DNA of 64,000 nucleotides, taken from assembly GCF_018350175.1 (NCBI RefSeq), contig NC_058369.1, positions 25,608,001-25,672,000 of the forward strand, given 5' to 3'. Position numbers and translations under genes: made by a program. Under the pieces are notes generated by a model. The model was not told the DNA's origin, searched no databases, and saw only the letters and a list, made by a program, of their open reading frames with translations. Numbering within the stretch: position 1 is the stretch's first letter; every line of letters begins with the position of its first letter. The DNA is from Felis catus (Eukaryota). Positions 40,139 through 53,965 of the stretch are shown one piece after another.

Positions 40139-40204
40139 GTAGGTTTTATTGGTTTTCACAAGTGACATAACATGGTAACTTAAACTCAGTAAGTCTGTTT
40201 TACA

Positions 40205-40520
40205 CACATACATCTTTTTTGTTTCTTTCAGTTTTATTGAGATGTAATTGTCATAACAGCATCATGCAGTTTAAAGTGTACAGCATAATGACACATATTG
40301 CAAAATGATTACATTCATCACCTCATATAGATCTGAAAAAAATACACTTTTTTTTCTTGTGATGAGAACTTTTAGGATATACTCTCTTAGCAACTTTTAA
40401 ATATACCGAATAGTAATGTTAACTGTGGTCATCATGTTGTGCATTACATCTACAGTACTTATGTATCTTATAACTGAATGTTTCTTTTTTACATTTGGAC
40501 CACCTTCATCCAATTTCCCT
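40205..40520 (-). mobile_element. L1MA-type 3' end in PDE12 intron 2
   Basis: tcttgtgatgagaacttttaggatatactctcttagcaact, the reverse complement of the motif at about 33480-33525. Confidence 0.8.
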
Positions 40521-40633
40521 TCAAATATATATCTTGAATGTCACCCAGATACTGTATGTAGTTTTGGAGCTTTTTTTTTTCTTTTAAAGGCAACTTTAAA
40601 AAATACTTAAATTAATGTTTTTTATATTCATAG

Positions 40634-41076
40634 GTGGGTACATTCGTCTCATTCAAATGGCGGTAGCCTTGGCTCACATTAGACATGTCTCGTGTGATCT
40701 GTATCCTGGCATACCAGTTATATTTTGTGGAGACTTTAATAGTACCCCATCAACAGGAATGTATCATTTTGCTGTCAATGGCAGCATTCCAGAGGACCAT
40801 GAAGACTGGGCTTCCAATGGGGAAGAGGAACGTTGCAACATGTCCCTCACCCATGTCTTCAAACTGAAAAGTGCTTGTGGTGAACCTGCTTACACAAATT
40901 ATGTTGGTGGCTTTCATGGATGTCTGGATTACATTTTCATTGACTCAAATGCCCTAGAGGTTGAACAGGTGATTCCATTACCTAGTCATGAAGAAGTCAC
41001 CACTCACCAGGCGTTACCTAGTGTTTCCCATCCCTCTGATCACATAGCACTTGTGTGTGATTTAAAATGGAAATAG
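40634..41076 (+). CDS. PDE12: PDE12 exon 3 coding part (GGYIRLIQ...CGDFNS...LDYIF...PSDHIALVCDLKWK*)
   Basis: EEP motifs GDFN, DYIF, SDH. The spliced CDS is 1827 nt, 608 aa plus stop. Confidence 0.97.
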
Positions 41077-43350
41077 ATTTGTGTTTAATGGAATTTGAGT
41101 CTCTTTCGTAGGAAATTTAATATGAATCAGAGCTTATATGTAACCTTCAAAGAGGAAAACTACACAGACACCGAGGCAAAATGTTTTTATTCTGTGTTCC
41201 AGTGTCTTCATTACATGACTGTTCATAATTGCAGTTTCTCTACTTTTTTTTTTCCTAAGGTTGAAGGAAAAACAAATATATTTATGACTACCAGGAAGAA
41301 CACTGAATTATGTACATTTTATAAGTACTTTTTTTTTAGCTAGGAATTAAGAATTTTGTAAAAAAAAAAAAAAAAACCAAAAAACCATTTGAATGATCCT
41401 ATAATTTTTCTATCATAACACATTTCAAATTGAATCATGTTTGTATAATTAGGGGAAAAATGCATATGGGTTAAGGTGAGAGGCCTAAGTCTGACATGAA
41501 CGAACATTAGGGTCTACCTCTACCTCAATTTGGTTAGCAATTTAATACAACTTCAGAGCTTTAACGAAAGATTAAAATGTGCCATCCACCAAATGTTATT
41601 GCTCCTCATCTTTCATTTTTCAATCAACATAAGATATTTTAATTCTCTTATTTGTAGGATTTTACTTTCTAGTGTATGGTACAAATGAACACATTTATAT
41701 TCTAGCCAGCTCATTTGAACTTTTAGGATGCAAGCACAATTTAGTATTCAAAGTGAATAGCAACATAGTCAGCTTGATCCCATTTTCTTTAATTATTCTT
41801 GCCCATGAAAAACGTTCATAAATCACCAAGGGTATTTGGCCATATGATATTAGAGAATACAGCATAATACATTACTTTATGAGAAACTGTCTACTGATAT
41901 GGGGTTGACATTTTGGGAGAACCATTGAGCATTTCTATGCTGGAAGTATTTTTGAAATTGTTGGTCTTTATAAATAGGAGAAGGAGGAATAGCGGATCTT
42001 TTGGGCATTTCTGAAATAAACTATTCATTTTATAGATTTGAGCATTACATTTGAGTTGTAGGAAAACACTGTATATAATTTATATGCTGTAAAAAAAAAG
42101 TTTAAATATGAAGCCAGACTTTTTAAAATTAGGAATTATTGTTTTACTGATTAGTTTCTAACCTAGAGTGGTAACTGGGCTCTTCTAACTCAGTTATCAC
42201 CATACCTTATTTGTAATGCTTTAGCTGTTGCTTTTTGATGTTCAGGGTAACTGTAATGTTATCTCCTACTTCTGCAATTAGTTTCTAGCTTAGATATGAA
42301 AAGCTCACCCACTTCAAGAAGAGTTCTGATTTTCCACAGTCATGAGAGTTTTTGTCTCAAATTCTTTAATCTCCAAAACCATAAGAACTTTCCTCTTTTG
42401 ATAAAGTAGGCTGTACTTCCATATTCTGCTCACTGTCCAATGTATTGTTAACTCTTAGTAAGTTTGAGAACAAGAATTTTACTTCGTTCAGATTGAACCT
42501 TGAAGTACTTAAAATACTGGAAAAGAAAAATTGGCAGTTTCTTGGGATCTTGTTTAGAAAAAGCTATAAATAAAAATTGATGCTACCGAATGGTGCCTTC
42601 CTAAATAACATTTTTGAGAGCATTTTAACATCAGTTTACAACTACATGAATATGTTAAAGCCAGAATCTGATTCTTTTGCAAAATACATCTTTTTTTTTT
42701 TTTCTTTTTAAAATTTTTTTGGTCTGCTTTCAAACATGTTGACAGGACCCTTAAAATAACTTGAAAAAAAGTTTCTAAGCAAAAAGTTACGAAACATTTT
42801 GAAAGAAGAAATTAAGTTACATACTTATTCATGCTCATGAGAAAAACATTCGGATTCTGTATTAACAAACACCCTGGCTAACTAGATTGAACTCTAGTCA
42901 AAGGAACTAATCACTTATCAAAGATTCCACGTCCTGAGTCTTTTAATTTTATATTTACTGACTTAACAGTGTGATCTGATTATAGACAGGCATTTCAGAA
43001 TAGGAGAAGGTAGATTATTATTGTGAAGTGCCATATGCTCTGGTCAAGTCTCCAGTATATAGATAATGTTAGTATGATTGGAGTCCAAAGTAGGGAACGC
43101 TAAGAAAATTGTATAAATAGGATACCAAAATTACCTTGTATTCATGAGTTAGAATAAAGTGTTATTCAGAAATGTTTATGTGCTTAAAGCCATGTTTGTG
43201 ATTGAATTTTTCTATTACATTTGGATTTTTTAGTACATTTAATAAAGTATGGAAAGTCTAGCACCTCTATAGTGAACCCATTTTATGATGTCACAAGTTC
43301 TTGCTATAGGAATTAATATTCAAAAAATTTTATATTATTATAAATAAAAT
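41077..43350 (+). other. PDE12: PDE12 3' UTR with several candidate poly(A) signals (AATAAA at 42015, 42569, 43153, 43241)
   Basis: AU-rich stretch directly after the stop with no recognisable repeats. The true 3' end cannot be determined from sequence. Confidence 0.6.
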
Positions 43351-44094
43351 TATAGAACACTGTCCTCTTAAGTGAACTCTTACCCAGTTGCCACTATAGA
43401 CACATGCACTGGTAGTTTATAATATGTTAGCAAAAAAATCATTTCTGGCTGTAAATGTGATGTTCTTTAAAATTCTCAATACCAAAATCAGTTGTTTCAA
43501 ATTTCCAAGTATTTCACTGTGTGGTGACTTTTCTGAGAACTAAGGCCTCATATCAGAATGTGGTAGTTTTAGACTGGAGGTTTATCTGAGAAACAGTACA
43601 AAGGAGAAGGTTCAAAGAACACCACCGTGGGAAGATATTCCTGGTGGAAGTTGACCCCATTAGATCTCATATTCTCCAACTGTGAAATATATAGGCAGAG
43701 GTTCCCTACAAACCTGGTTTGAGGGCAAACCAAAATCCATATTAATGAATGTTAAAGGTTTGCATTACTAGTTGATCATAAAATCCACAAGACAACACAA
43801 TAGGGGAAATCTTTCCTCTAAAAAATTATAGCCAACACTAGTTTTCTAATCATAATTCAAAAACATTTCAATGTTTTGCTCAATCTAGAACTTATATCTA
43901 GATTTAATTTAGGGTAAGGAAATAATTTTAAGAGCTCATTTGGGTAATCAAATTCTGTGGTCCCACTTAATGAGAAAGTATGCTTTATAGCGTTGAAGGT
44001 ACTAGAGCTGTATTGGGTGATTTTTTTTTTTTTTTTTTTTAGCACTAACTTGAGGATAAGTCTATATTTTGAGATGACAATACCAAAGCATGTT

Positions 44095-44730
44095 TTCAAG
44101 TGAAGTGAAATTCACATAAGATGAACCATTTTAAAAGTTATGATTCCACTGCATTTAGTACATTCACAGTGTTGTGCAGCCATTATCCCTAACTAGTTCC
44201 AAAACATTTCTATCACCCCAAAGGGAAACAGTGACCCATTAAATAGTCACACCCCATTTCCTCCTCCCTTCCAGACACTGGCGACTACTAATCTGCTTTG
44301 TGCCTCAATTTCTCTGTTTTGGATATTTCATATAAATTGAATCATATAATATATATATGACCTTCTGTGTCTGACTTTCCTTTATTTAGCTTAATGTTTT
44401 TTAAGATCTTCCATGTTTTCTATTATATATATTCTATTGTATGGTTATACTACATTTTGTTTATCCCAATGGATGTTTGGATTGTTTCCATCTTTTGGCT
44501 ATTGTGAATAATGCTCCTATGAATATTCACGTACAAGTTTTTGTTTGAGCACCTATTTTCAATTCTTTTGGTTTGGTTATATACCTTGTGAGAAACTGCC
44601 AAAATGCTTTCCACAATAGCTACACCATTTTACATTCCCACCAGTGATGTATATGAGAGTTTATTTCTCCACATTCTCACTGATATACGTGTTATTATAG
44701 TCATTCAAGTGGGTGTGAAGTGGTATTTCT
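44095..44730 (-). mobile_element. Old L1M 3' fragment
   Basis: ttggctattgtgaataatgct...ccattttacattcccaccag. Confidence 0.8.
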
Positions 44731-46669
44731 ACCAATGTATTTTTATCTTGTTTAGTTTAATTATGTCATTGCCCTCATGAACTAGAGTACTCACAATGGA
44801 TTACCCAACCTCCTATATTTTTTTCCAGAGAGCTCATCTTCAGCAATTCCTACTTAATCTTCCAGCTTTTGTCAAGTTGCAAAGGTCAGTCCCATTGCTT
44901 CTTTGGGAGATAATTGGGAAGAAAAGCATAAAAAATACAGAAGTCCTGGAATGTAAATAAATTAGAAAGAATAAGCAGCCAAAGGGGAAAAAAAAAGTCA
45001 CTTAAAAAATGTAGATCTACGTCGGTGATTTCAGAGAATGAACTTACCAACATTGGCTTTTATTTTTTTTTAATTTTAATGTTTATTTATTTTTGAGACA
45101 GAGTGCGAGCAGGGTAGGGTCAGAGAGAGGGGGACACAGAATCTGAAACAGGCTTCAGGCTCTGAGCTGTCAGCACAGAGCCTGACGCAGGGCTTGAACC
45201 CACGAGCTGCAAGATCATGACCTAAGCTGAAGTCAGACGCTCAATCAATCGACGAAGCCACCCAGGCGCCCCTCCTACATTGGCTTTTAAATGGCTTAGC
45301 CATGCTCCACTATTACCTAACACTTTTTAAATCCCATTTTAGGTACAGAGTAGCAGATAGCAAGAATGCCTGAAGACATATCCCTGAAAAACTGAGATGG
45401 CTATGGCTTTATATAACTCACCAAGTTATAATGCAGAACCATAAAAAAGACTAAACTCTGCTTATTAAAAAAAAATTAGGTTTTGAAAAGAAACCTTAAC
45501 AAGGTGAGCTTTAATAATACATTTTTTAAAACACTGAGTTAATATATTAAAAATTATAATATGGAACAAAATTATTTTGTAAGTTGGCCATCTTTACACT
45601 GTATTAAATAATATTGAAGTCAGATGCTAAAATTAACTTTACATATAAATGTTAAACATATCTTTAAGTTGTAGACCTTAAAAATACTAAATCTTCTAGT
45701 TCACCTGGCTGATGCCATCCTCTATAACAAGCACCTACCAGCTGGATTTGTGGTTCCACAACAAAGTCTCAGCTGTTAAAATCCATGTTCATATTGTCAG
45801 TGTTAGGTTTTTCCTCATAATCTTCAATTTCCTAGAGAAACTTCATTGACAACAAACTATCATTCATCTCCATCTTCTGTCCATTTTGAGTTGATTGTAT
45901 GTTAAAGGGTTTATGTGATGCAATCCATTTTGCCTAATAACTCACTCTACTGTTGTTAGATTGTTGCTGATGTTCATCTTCGTGTATTGGAAGTATTCCT
46001 AGTTTGCATTTTGCATCTCATTATTGTTCTTGAAACTGAAAACAGTTCAGTAGGGAATTGGATAGGCTTCATGTGGAGTTCTCATATTGAACAATATACA
46101 CACTTTTAATAGTATTACATATAATCTTTATTTCCCATGTGGAATAGTTTGGAGAAATGGTGTATCCAGGGATAAAAGCATTTAGAAATAAAGTTGGCCT
46201 TCCTCAAAAGCTGGATTAGGTATAGTGTTTTGAGTATCTTAAACCAAAGAAAAATATTTCTGCTGAAGCTGTAAAGTTTTTAAGTACTCTAAATAATGCA
46301 ATTATATTTTCATCCTTTTATTACATACCTAAAACAATCTGGCTTTTTACAGCCTGGCTTATATCATTTTTCTTCATCCTGAATGAAAGAATCCCACAAT
46401 AGTTCTTTCATCCAAAATTGATCTTTATTTTTCTCTTTAAGGGTTTTTGTCACTGCGTATGAAATCAATTTTATTTTTTAATTTTTTAAGTTTATTTTGA
46501 GAGAGAGAGAAAGAGAATCCCAAGCAGGCTCTGCACCATCAGTACAGAGTCCAATGCAGGGCTCGAGCTCATGAACTGCAAGGTAATGACCTGAGCTGAA
46601 GTCGGATGCTTAATGGACTGAGCCACCCAGGTGCCCCCATGAAATCAATTGTTAAAGACTGGCATCAGA

Positions 46670-47340
46670 AACAAACTCCATACTCATTACCAGTCACTCC
46701 CTAACCCACCTTTCCCCTCAGCTCTTGGCAACTGCTTACCTATGGATTTACTCTATGGATTTGCCTCTTCTGGGCATTTCATATAAATGAAGTAATTACG
46801 TAGCCTTTTGTGACCAACTTATTTCACTTTGTATGTTTCTGAGGTTCTTCCATGTTGTAGTATGTATCAGTACTTCATTCCTTTTTATGATAATATTCCA
46901 TTGTATGGACATAACCCATTTTATTTTATCCATTCATCAGTTGATGGACATTTGGATTACTTCCACCTTTTGGCTTCTATGGATAATGCTGTATGTTTGT
47001 GTACAAGTTTTTGAGTGTGCATGTTTTCATTTCTCTTGGGCATATATCTAGAAGTGGAATTGTTGGATCATATGGAAAATACTTAACCTTTTGAGGAACT
47101 GGCAGACTTTTACCCAAAGTAGTTGCACAATTTTGCATTCCCACCAGCAACATATGGGAGTTCCAATTTCTCCACATCCTAACATGTTACCTTTTTGATT
47201 ACAGCTATTCTAGTATGAAATGGCATTTTATTGTGGTTTTGATTTGCATTTACCTGATGGCTAATATTGTTGACAATCTTTTTATGTGCTTACTGCCCAT
47301 TTGTGTATCTTTGGAGCCCATTTTAAAAATCGTGTTGACT
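46670..47340 (-). mobile_element. Old L1M 3' fragment
   Basis: tatccattcatcagttgatggacatttgg; ORF 46977..47177 is L1 ORF2-like. Confidence 0.8.
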
Positions 47341-48115
47341 TTTTGTTGGGCAACCCTTTCCCCCTTTTTATTTTTATTTCTTTTTTCACGTTTATTCATT
47401 TTTTGATAGAGACAGAACATGAGTGGGGAAGGGCAGAGAGAGAGGGAGACACAGAATCCGAAGCACGCTCCAGGCTCTGAACTGACAGCACAGAGCCCAC
47501 GCGGGGCTCGAACTCACGGACCGCGAGATCATGACCTGAGCTGAAGTCAGACATTCAACCGACTGAGCCACCCAGGCACCCTAACCCTTCCCCCCTTTTT
47601 AAAAATCATCATTCCTCACTTCTTCAAAGGCTATGCAGGCCAAGGTCAACTTTGGCCAGTCTGCAAAATACATCACTGTTACTGGAATGGCATTGAACCC
47701 AGCCTAAGAAAAACCATGCCACCAAAGAATTGATTCGTTCCTGAGAGCCAGCTCCCTGTCTGCAGATGGCAGTGTCAAGCCCCCAAACACCAGCTGAAAA
47801 CTTAGGTGCCCAATATAATTGGAAGCATACAATGAAAACAATGCAGAAATACCTGACAAGGTCGGGAAGACACCTGGCTCTACTGTTCTTTAAAACACAA
47901 AGGACATACATTGCAAGGCTCTGCTCACTAACTAGATACAGCTGCCTTAATTATTCCTTACCTGGGTCCACATTATTGCTTTTGCTATTGATTTCTCAGA
48001 ATTTTTGTTGCTAGAATATAACCACTTAAACTTTTTATGTGGTTTGTGGAAATAGGGGATAAAGGGATATTTGCAAGTAAGAAACAAAAGCAGCCAACTA
48101 ACCTTCCAGTAGTGG

Positions 48116-48217
48116 TAACCTGAATATAATGTCACGATGTATATGCTAGAAAAAAATGTATCATGATAACCTGAATATAATGTCACGATGTATATGCTAG
48201 AAAAAAATGTATCATGA
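48116..48217. repeat. Exact 51-bp tandem duplication
   Basis: taacctgaatataatgtcacgatgtatatgctagaaaaaaatgtatcatga occurs twice (48116-48166, 48167-48217). Confidence 0.95.
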
Positions 48218-48470
48218 TTTCACTCGTGGAATTTGAGAAACAGATGAACATAGGGGAAGGGGAGGAAAAATAAGATAAAAACAGGAAGGTAAACCATAAG
48301 AGACTCAAATACAGAGAACAGAGGGTTGATGGGGGGGGGAGCGTGACGGGCATTCAGGAGAGCACTTTTTGGGATGAGCACTGGGTGTCATATGTGAGAA
48401 ATGATCAGTGCGTTCTACTGAAGCCACATGTTCTACATACTGTATGTTAACTAACTTGAGAATAAAAAAA
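48210..48470 (+). mobile_element. Short carnivore L1 3' end
   Basis: gggatgagcactgggtgt...tgtatgttaactaacttgagaataaaaaaa. Confidence 0.8.
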
Positions 48471-49039
48471 GAGTATGCTGGGCCTAAACAATTCTCAGGA
48501 GTAAATTTTAGAACCAAATCTTAACCAAGCCCATATTTATATTAATGTTGCTTTTAAAGTATTTAGATTGCCTTAGTGAGGATACTAATTAAGAATGATT
48601 TCATTCCTAACATTTTCCTGCTAAAAATAACTAAGCTGGTAATATAAACAAATGTCATTTGGGTAGAGTTTTGGGGGTGCCAATACTACCCCAACACTAA
48701 CTCTACTAATCCTTGGGAAAATGCTAGTAGTAGATTCCTTCTAGTCACCTTCTCAGAATTTAACCATCTGAACAGATAATCAGACTCTAGAACTGTTTCA
48801 TTAATTTTCCCCTATACCAGACCTTCAGATAATGTACTTGCCGATATACCAACCATTTGCTCTTTCTTAATCTAAGTTCTCATAAATTCTACTGAAGTTG
48901 GTAGCTAATATTTACATTATTGAAACATCCAACATGCTGCCAGGAAGCATAAGCACTTGTTTCCAATGACAAGTCAGAAGTCACCTTCACCTCCATACCA
49001 AGAACGAGAACTTCCATATTTAAGGAAGTTTGATCCAGG

Positions 49040-50740
49040 ACATCTGGTTTCTGGTCCAGCATGCATGTAAGAAGCTTGGGAGTTGCCACTCTTGTCCTAT
49101 AGAGAAAACAAAAACTGAACAAACTGAAAAATCAGTAACTATTCTTAGATCTGAAATGTCACAGGGCAAACTGGTGCGCTGTTCACCCCCGCCCCCCCCC
49201 CCCCCCCCCAGCACCCTGGTGATTGAAGCCCAGCAGGGGAATACAGGGAATCACAACCTGCAGGGACATCCAGGGATGTTTTGTTCTACCCTGAAGAAAT
49301 CCCGGGTAGGGACACTGGAACTGTAATTGAGGACTTGCTAGAGGCACAGTCTGAACAACTAAGTTAAAAGCTTCAGAGGCCCCCACAACTTAATGAGTTT
49401 TTACCTCCTGGATTTCTACCAGCTTATCACAGAATATCGGAGAAAAATCTCATGCTTCTGGCAGAGGAAGGGGAAAAGAAACCATCTTCAAATATGCCAG
49501 AGCGTCCTGTTTATAACAAGTTCTGTTCTCAGAAAAAGTAACCAAAACCTCACTTACAGGGGTTTTATCAGAGACTAACTGACCTGGGGGTGTGGGGAGG
49601 GAAATGCCCAACTCCAGCTCACTTTGCCATCCTACCCCACCTAAGGGGGAGAAAAAATAATTGAGAAGCACATGTGAAGTTCACAGTCCAGAGGCATAAG
49701 GCTCACTAGAAGACTGAGACCAAATCATAGGATTATAAAATGCTTCCCCTACTCCCACACCTTACCATGACATTACTGAAGGCCTAGTTAAAGCAGTTAC
49801 TTTTACCCAGTACATCATGTCCAGTAATCAAAAAAAGACAAGACATACTAAAAGGCAAAAAATGGGCGTTTGGCTGGCTCAATCAGTAGAGCATGTGACT
49901 TTTGATCAAAGGGTCATGAGTTCAAGCCCCATGTTTGGCATAGAGCCAACTTAAATAAATAGGTAAATATTTAAATAAACACATACATACATACATACAT
50001 ACATACATACATAAATGGCAAAAACCAGCTTGATGAGAGAGCAAGCATTAGAACCAGACTCAGATATGGCAGGGATGATAGAATCATCAGACTGGGAATT
50101 TAAAACATCTATACTATGTTAAGGGCTCTCATGGATAAAGACAACAGAAAAGAGCAGATGAGCAATGTTAGCAGAGATGACTTCTAATAAAAGCAGTAAG
50201 AAATGCTAGAGAATAAAAAAAAATAACAAATGAGGAATGCAATGCCTTTGATGGACTAATTAATATACTGGACATGGCTAAGGAAAGAATCTGAGTGTGA
50301 GGACATTGCAAAAGAAACCTCCCAAACTGAAAAGCAAGGGGGGGGGGGGAGGAGGAAACTTGGAGCAGGGTGACAAAAACCAAAACAGAAAAACATCCAA
50401 GAACTGTTGTTGGACAACAAAAGGTGTAACATAAACATAATGGGAATAACAGAGAAACAGAAATATTTGAAACAATAAGGACTGAGAATTTCCTCAACTT
50501 AATGGCAGACACCAAACCACATACATATCCAGAAAACTCGGATATCCAACACCAAGCAGGATAAATGCCCCAAATCCTCCATCTATGTGTATAATTTTCG
50601 AACTACAGAAAATAAAAGATGAAAAAAACAGAGAAAGAAACCAAAAGGGAAAAAACACCTTACCTATAAAGGAGTAAAGGTAAGAATTACATCTGCCTTC
50701 TCAGAAACCATGCAAGCAAGAAGAGTGGAGTATTTAAAAC
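49040..50740 (+). mobile_element. Old L1M 5' UTR/ORF1 fragment
   Basis: aaaactgaacaaactgaaaa...gtcacagggcaaac (L1M 5' end) and ORF1-like agaaatatttgaaacaataaggactgagaatttcc...tcagaaaccatgcaagcaagaaga. Confidence 0.7.
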
Positions 50741-52984
50741 GTCGAGAGAGGAGCGACTGGGTGGCTCAGTCAGTTGAGCATCTGACCACTTGGTTTCAGA
50801 GCCCAGAGCCTCTTGGGACTCTGTCTCCATCTCTCTGCCCCTCCCCCGCTCACACTCTCATGCTCTCAAAAATAAACATTAAAAAAATAAATGAAGTCTG
50901 ACCCCAGGGCTGACTCCTTGGCTCAGGTGGTAAAGCATGTGACTCAATCTTGGGATCATGAGTTCAAGCCCCACATTGGGTATAAAGATTTAAAAATAGG
51001 ATCCTTAAAAAAAAAGTCTGACCCCAGTAAATTATCTGAAAGTGGTTATTATTACTATATGAGGTAATTCTGTACATATGCTAAAGAACTGGAAGCCTCA
51101 GTGAATGAGACATGAATGCTCTGGAAAACTGAAGTAAACATTTCACTTGTATTTTCGATAGAGAATATATAAGGTAAAGGGGGAAAATTCATGTGAACAG
51201 AAACATGTTAACAAAATACCAAGATGTTACATCACAGGAAAGCAACTCAGTAAGTTAGACAAAGGACAATGGGTGATATTCTGCCCTCCACCCTCACCAA
51301 AAGCTTATTGGTCAGAGGGACAGAAAACAGATAATGGTTCCATCCTCAACTCCAACGCTGCTGCTTATCAGCCTTTAAGAGAACCACAATTCTTCTTCAG
51401 TTTTCCTATTAACATACTTAACAATTACTTGACAGAATATTTTTTACTCTAGGGATATAATCAACTGTTCTGTATAATAGGGGAGGTCACAGAGACCTCT
51501 TATTGATTGACCAACACTAAGTTTAACATTAGTGTGAACAGTAAGCATTGAATCTTGATGGTGTCAAGTATTTCCTAAGAGTACAGAACATGTCAGTAAG
51601 TTGGGACAGTGATAGTGACTTTTTAAGTTAACATCATTTGCAAAGAATGTTAAACACAGGGAAAGGCATTATGGGGGTTATTTCTTAACTTATACTTTTT
51701 CCCAAAGAATTGACTTAACCTCTATTTGTGGGTGGTGGTGGGGAGGAACTTTTCAATGTGACTTAAAAAACTACCACCACTGGGACTGAAGAAAAAGCAG
51801 TAACTTCTTAGGGTAAAAAACATGCCAAGTTACCAAGTGAATGTTTTCTTAAAAAAAAAAAAAGGCAATCTTGCAAATCTAGCCCATTTAGTGAAAATTA
51901 GGCAATTTTAGTTTCTTAATGCAGTCATTTACAACGATAATAAGAGTTCCTTTACATCACAAATAAGATTATATGGATTCTCTTCACTCCTTTTTCAGAG
52001 TCCGTGAAAGCATCCTGGACTTGCTTTAAAAATTAATACAGTGGTGATTTAACTATGATCATAACGGTGAACCCATTCAAAGTTTAGTATCTCCTAGTTG
52101 AACCCCAGGAACTACACATACTACATCATATCTTAGTTTTATCCAACAAGAAATAATACCTTTCTTATTCAGAGAGAAGGGAGAATTCACCCAGTGAGCT
52201 AATGAAGTTACACTTGTATCAAGTGATCCATGTTAAACACTTTACCCCAGTAACCTGTATGTCAATCATCAAGTACTTAATTCTAATTTCCTTTCACTTG
52301 ATCCAACACTTTATTATTCAAAAATATGTTTTACTAGCATATATTTGGTTTGAAAATAAAATTTCAATCTACAAATTTATCTGAATCTATACAAGCCACT
52401 AAGAACTTTTTTTAAGGTTTATAAAATACATAAAACATTTTAGACAAAAACTAAGTCATAAGGTTACCAAGTTGAGTCCTTAATAACTTAATAGATGTAG
52501 TTAATGAAGTATATATACCTTTATTGCCTTATTAACAAAGAATTAGTCACATGCAGCTCTCTGTAGAAGTTCTGAAAGAGGTGAAGCCAAAAAGGAAAGT
52601 GCTTGTGAACTCTTCTACACAGGAGAGCAGCATCACTAACAGTCTGTAGTCTGCCATGCAAACAGCACTTGCATTTTTTAAAAGCTAACATCGGTTGTGA
52701 AACAAAACACATGCATACATGCTTTTGGGGCAGTTCATTTTATTACAGCTTTTGCCTCCTTATCTGAGTTTAGAAATGTACAATGTCAAACTCTATTTTA
52801 TTAAAAGAAACTAAAATTTGAAGTTGCTCCCCATCACACTGTTATATACATGATAGCAACCTGTATTTTATTTCCACTGTAAACAATTAGTAAATTCACG
52901 GAGACCTGGATTACTGTTCACAAAATGTAATATATTCAAATTAACTTCGCTAAATAAGAAAATCCATTTCAAACATCTTCAAGA

Positions 52985-53027
52985 CTCAAAAAGAACACAC
53001 ACAATAACATATTTTTATCATTTTATT
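52985..53027 (-). terminator. ARF4 poly(A) signal AATAAA (53022-53027) with downstream GU-rich element
   Basis: Minus-strand AATAAA about 850 nt after the stop, followed by gttattgtgtgtgttcttttt. Confidence 0.7.
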
Positions 53028-53878
53028 AGGAAGAATTCCAAATGGGTTATGAAGAAAACTTACTGAGTTTGATGAGTTTTCCAAAAACTCTTAATGAAGA
53101 TATGTTCACCAATAAACAATAAAACATCAGCAGAACTATCATATACTGGGCAAAGAGTCAGGCTGATACCAAAAAGCAACATGCAACATAAAAAAGATAC
53201 AATATAAAGGAAGACAATCTGCTGGGTATTAAAAAATCATCTCAATATGAACTCTTTGCAACCAGCACAGAACTAATTAGCTATCAAATCCAAACCACAC
53301 TAAGGTAAGCTTGGCTGATGAAAAGCCAGGATTCAATAATGGGGAGAAAATAGAAGGTCCTCAGTGCAAGAGATCTGAATAGTGTTTTGGAGCATTTCCC
53401 TGGCTGGTACAAGCAGGATTAGAAAATCTTTTTGGCAAGGGAGAAAAATAAATACAAATGGAATGCTACATTTTTTTAAATCAGCAGACTGTCCCAGGAA
53501 TGATAAAGGTATCAGTAAAGTAGCAAGGGGATAACTTTAAAACGTTATTTCTTGTGGGCTCAAAAAACATTCAAAACGGATTTATTTAAAGGTGTCACAA
53601 TAGCTATGTCCAGGCATTTAGGCTTAAGAGAAATAAAATTAAAAGAGGACACTTTTTTTCCCAAGTTAAGGAGAATTTCTTTAAAACCAAGCATATTGCT
53701 TAATAGCAATATTATACTTGGCAAACAATAATTGGCAACAAAATAAGTTTAAACGCTGTAATATTCTGCCCAAACCAGTCCCAGATACTGTTTAATAACC
53801 AAGATGCAAACTAATTTTGTTGTAACAAGCCTAGACCAATTCTATCAAATGTGTCCTTGGTTAGGTATCCAGTTTCAT

Positions 53879-53965
53879 TTAACGTTTTGAAAGCTCATTT
53901 GACAGCCAGTCAAGTCCCTCATACAGACCAGTTCCTTGTGTAGCACAAGTGGCTTGAACATACCA
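53879..53965 (-). CDS. ARF4: ARF4 last coding exon ([28 protein letters not shown])
   Basis: Class II ARF C-terminus ending ELSKR, ctttacag acceptor, TAA at 53879-53881, synteny with PDE12. Confidence 0.96.
   Translation of the reverse strand, partial: WYVQATCATQGTGLYEGLDWLSNELSKR

Noticed and set aside
48889..49122. ORF containing WQHVGCF, reminiscent of a WSC-domain start
   Set aside because: The first half lies in an old L1 5' end, the motif is too short and the downstream cysteines are missing.
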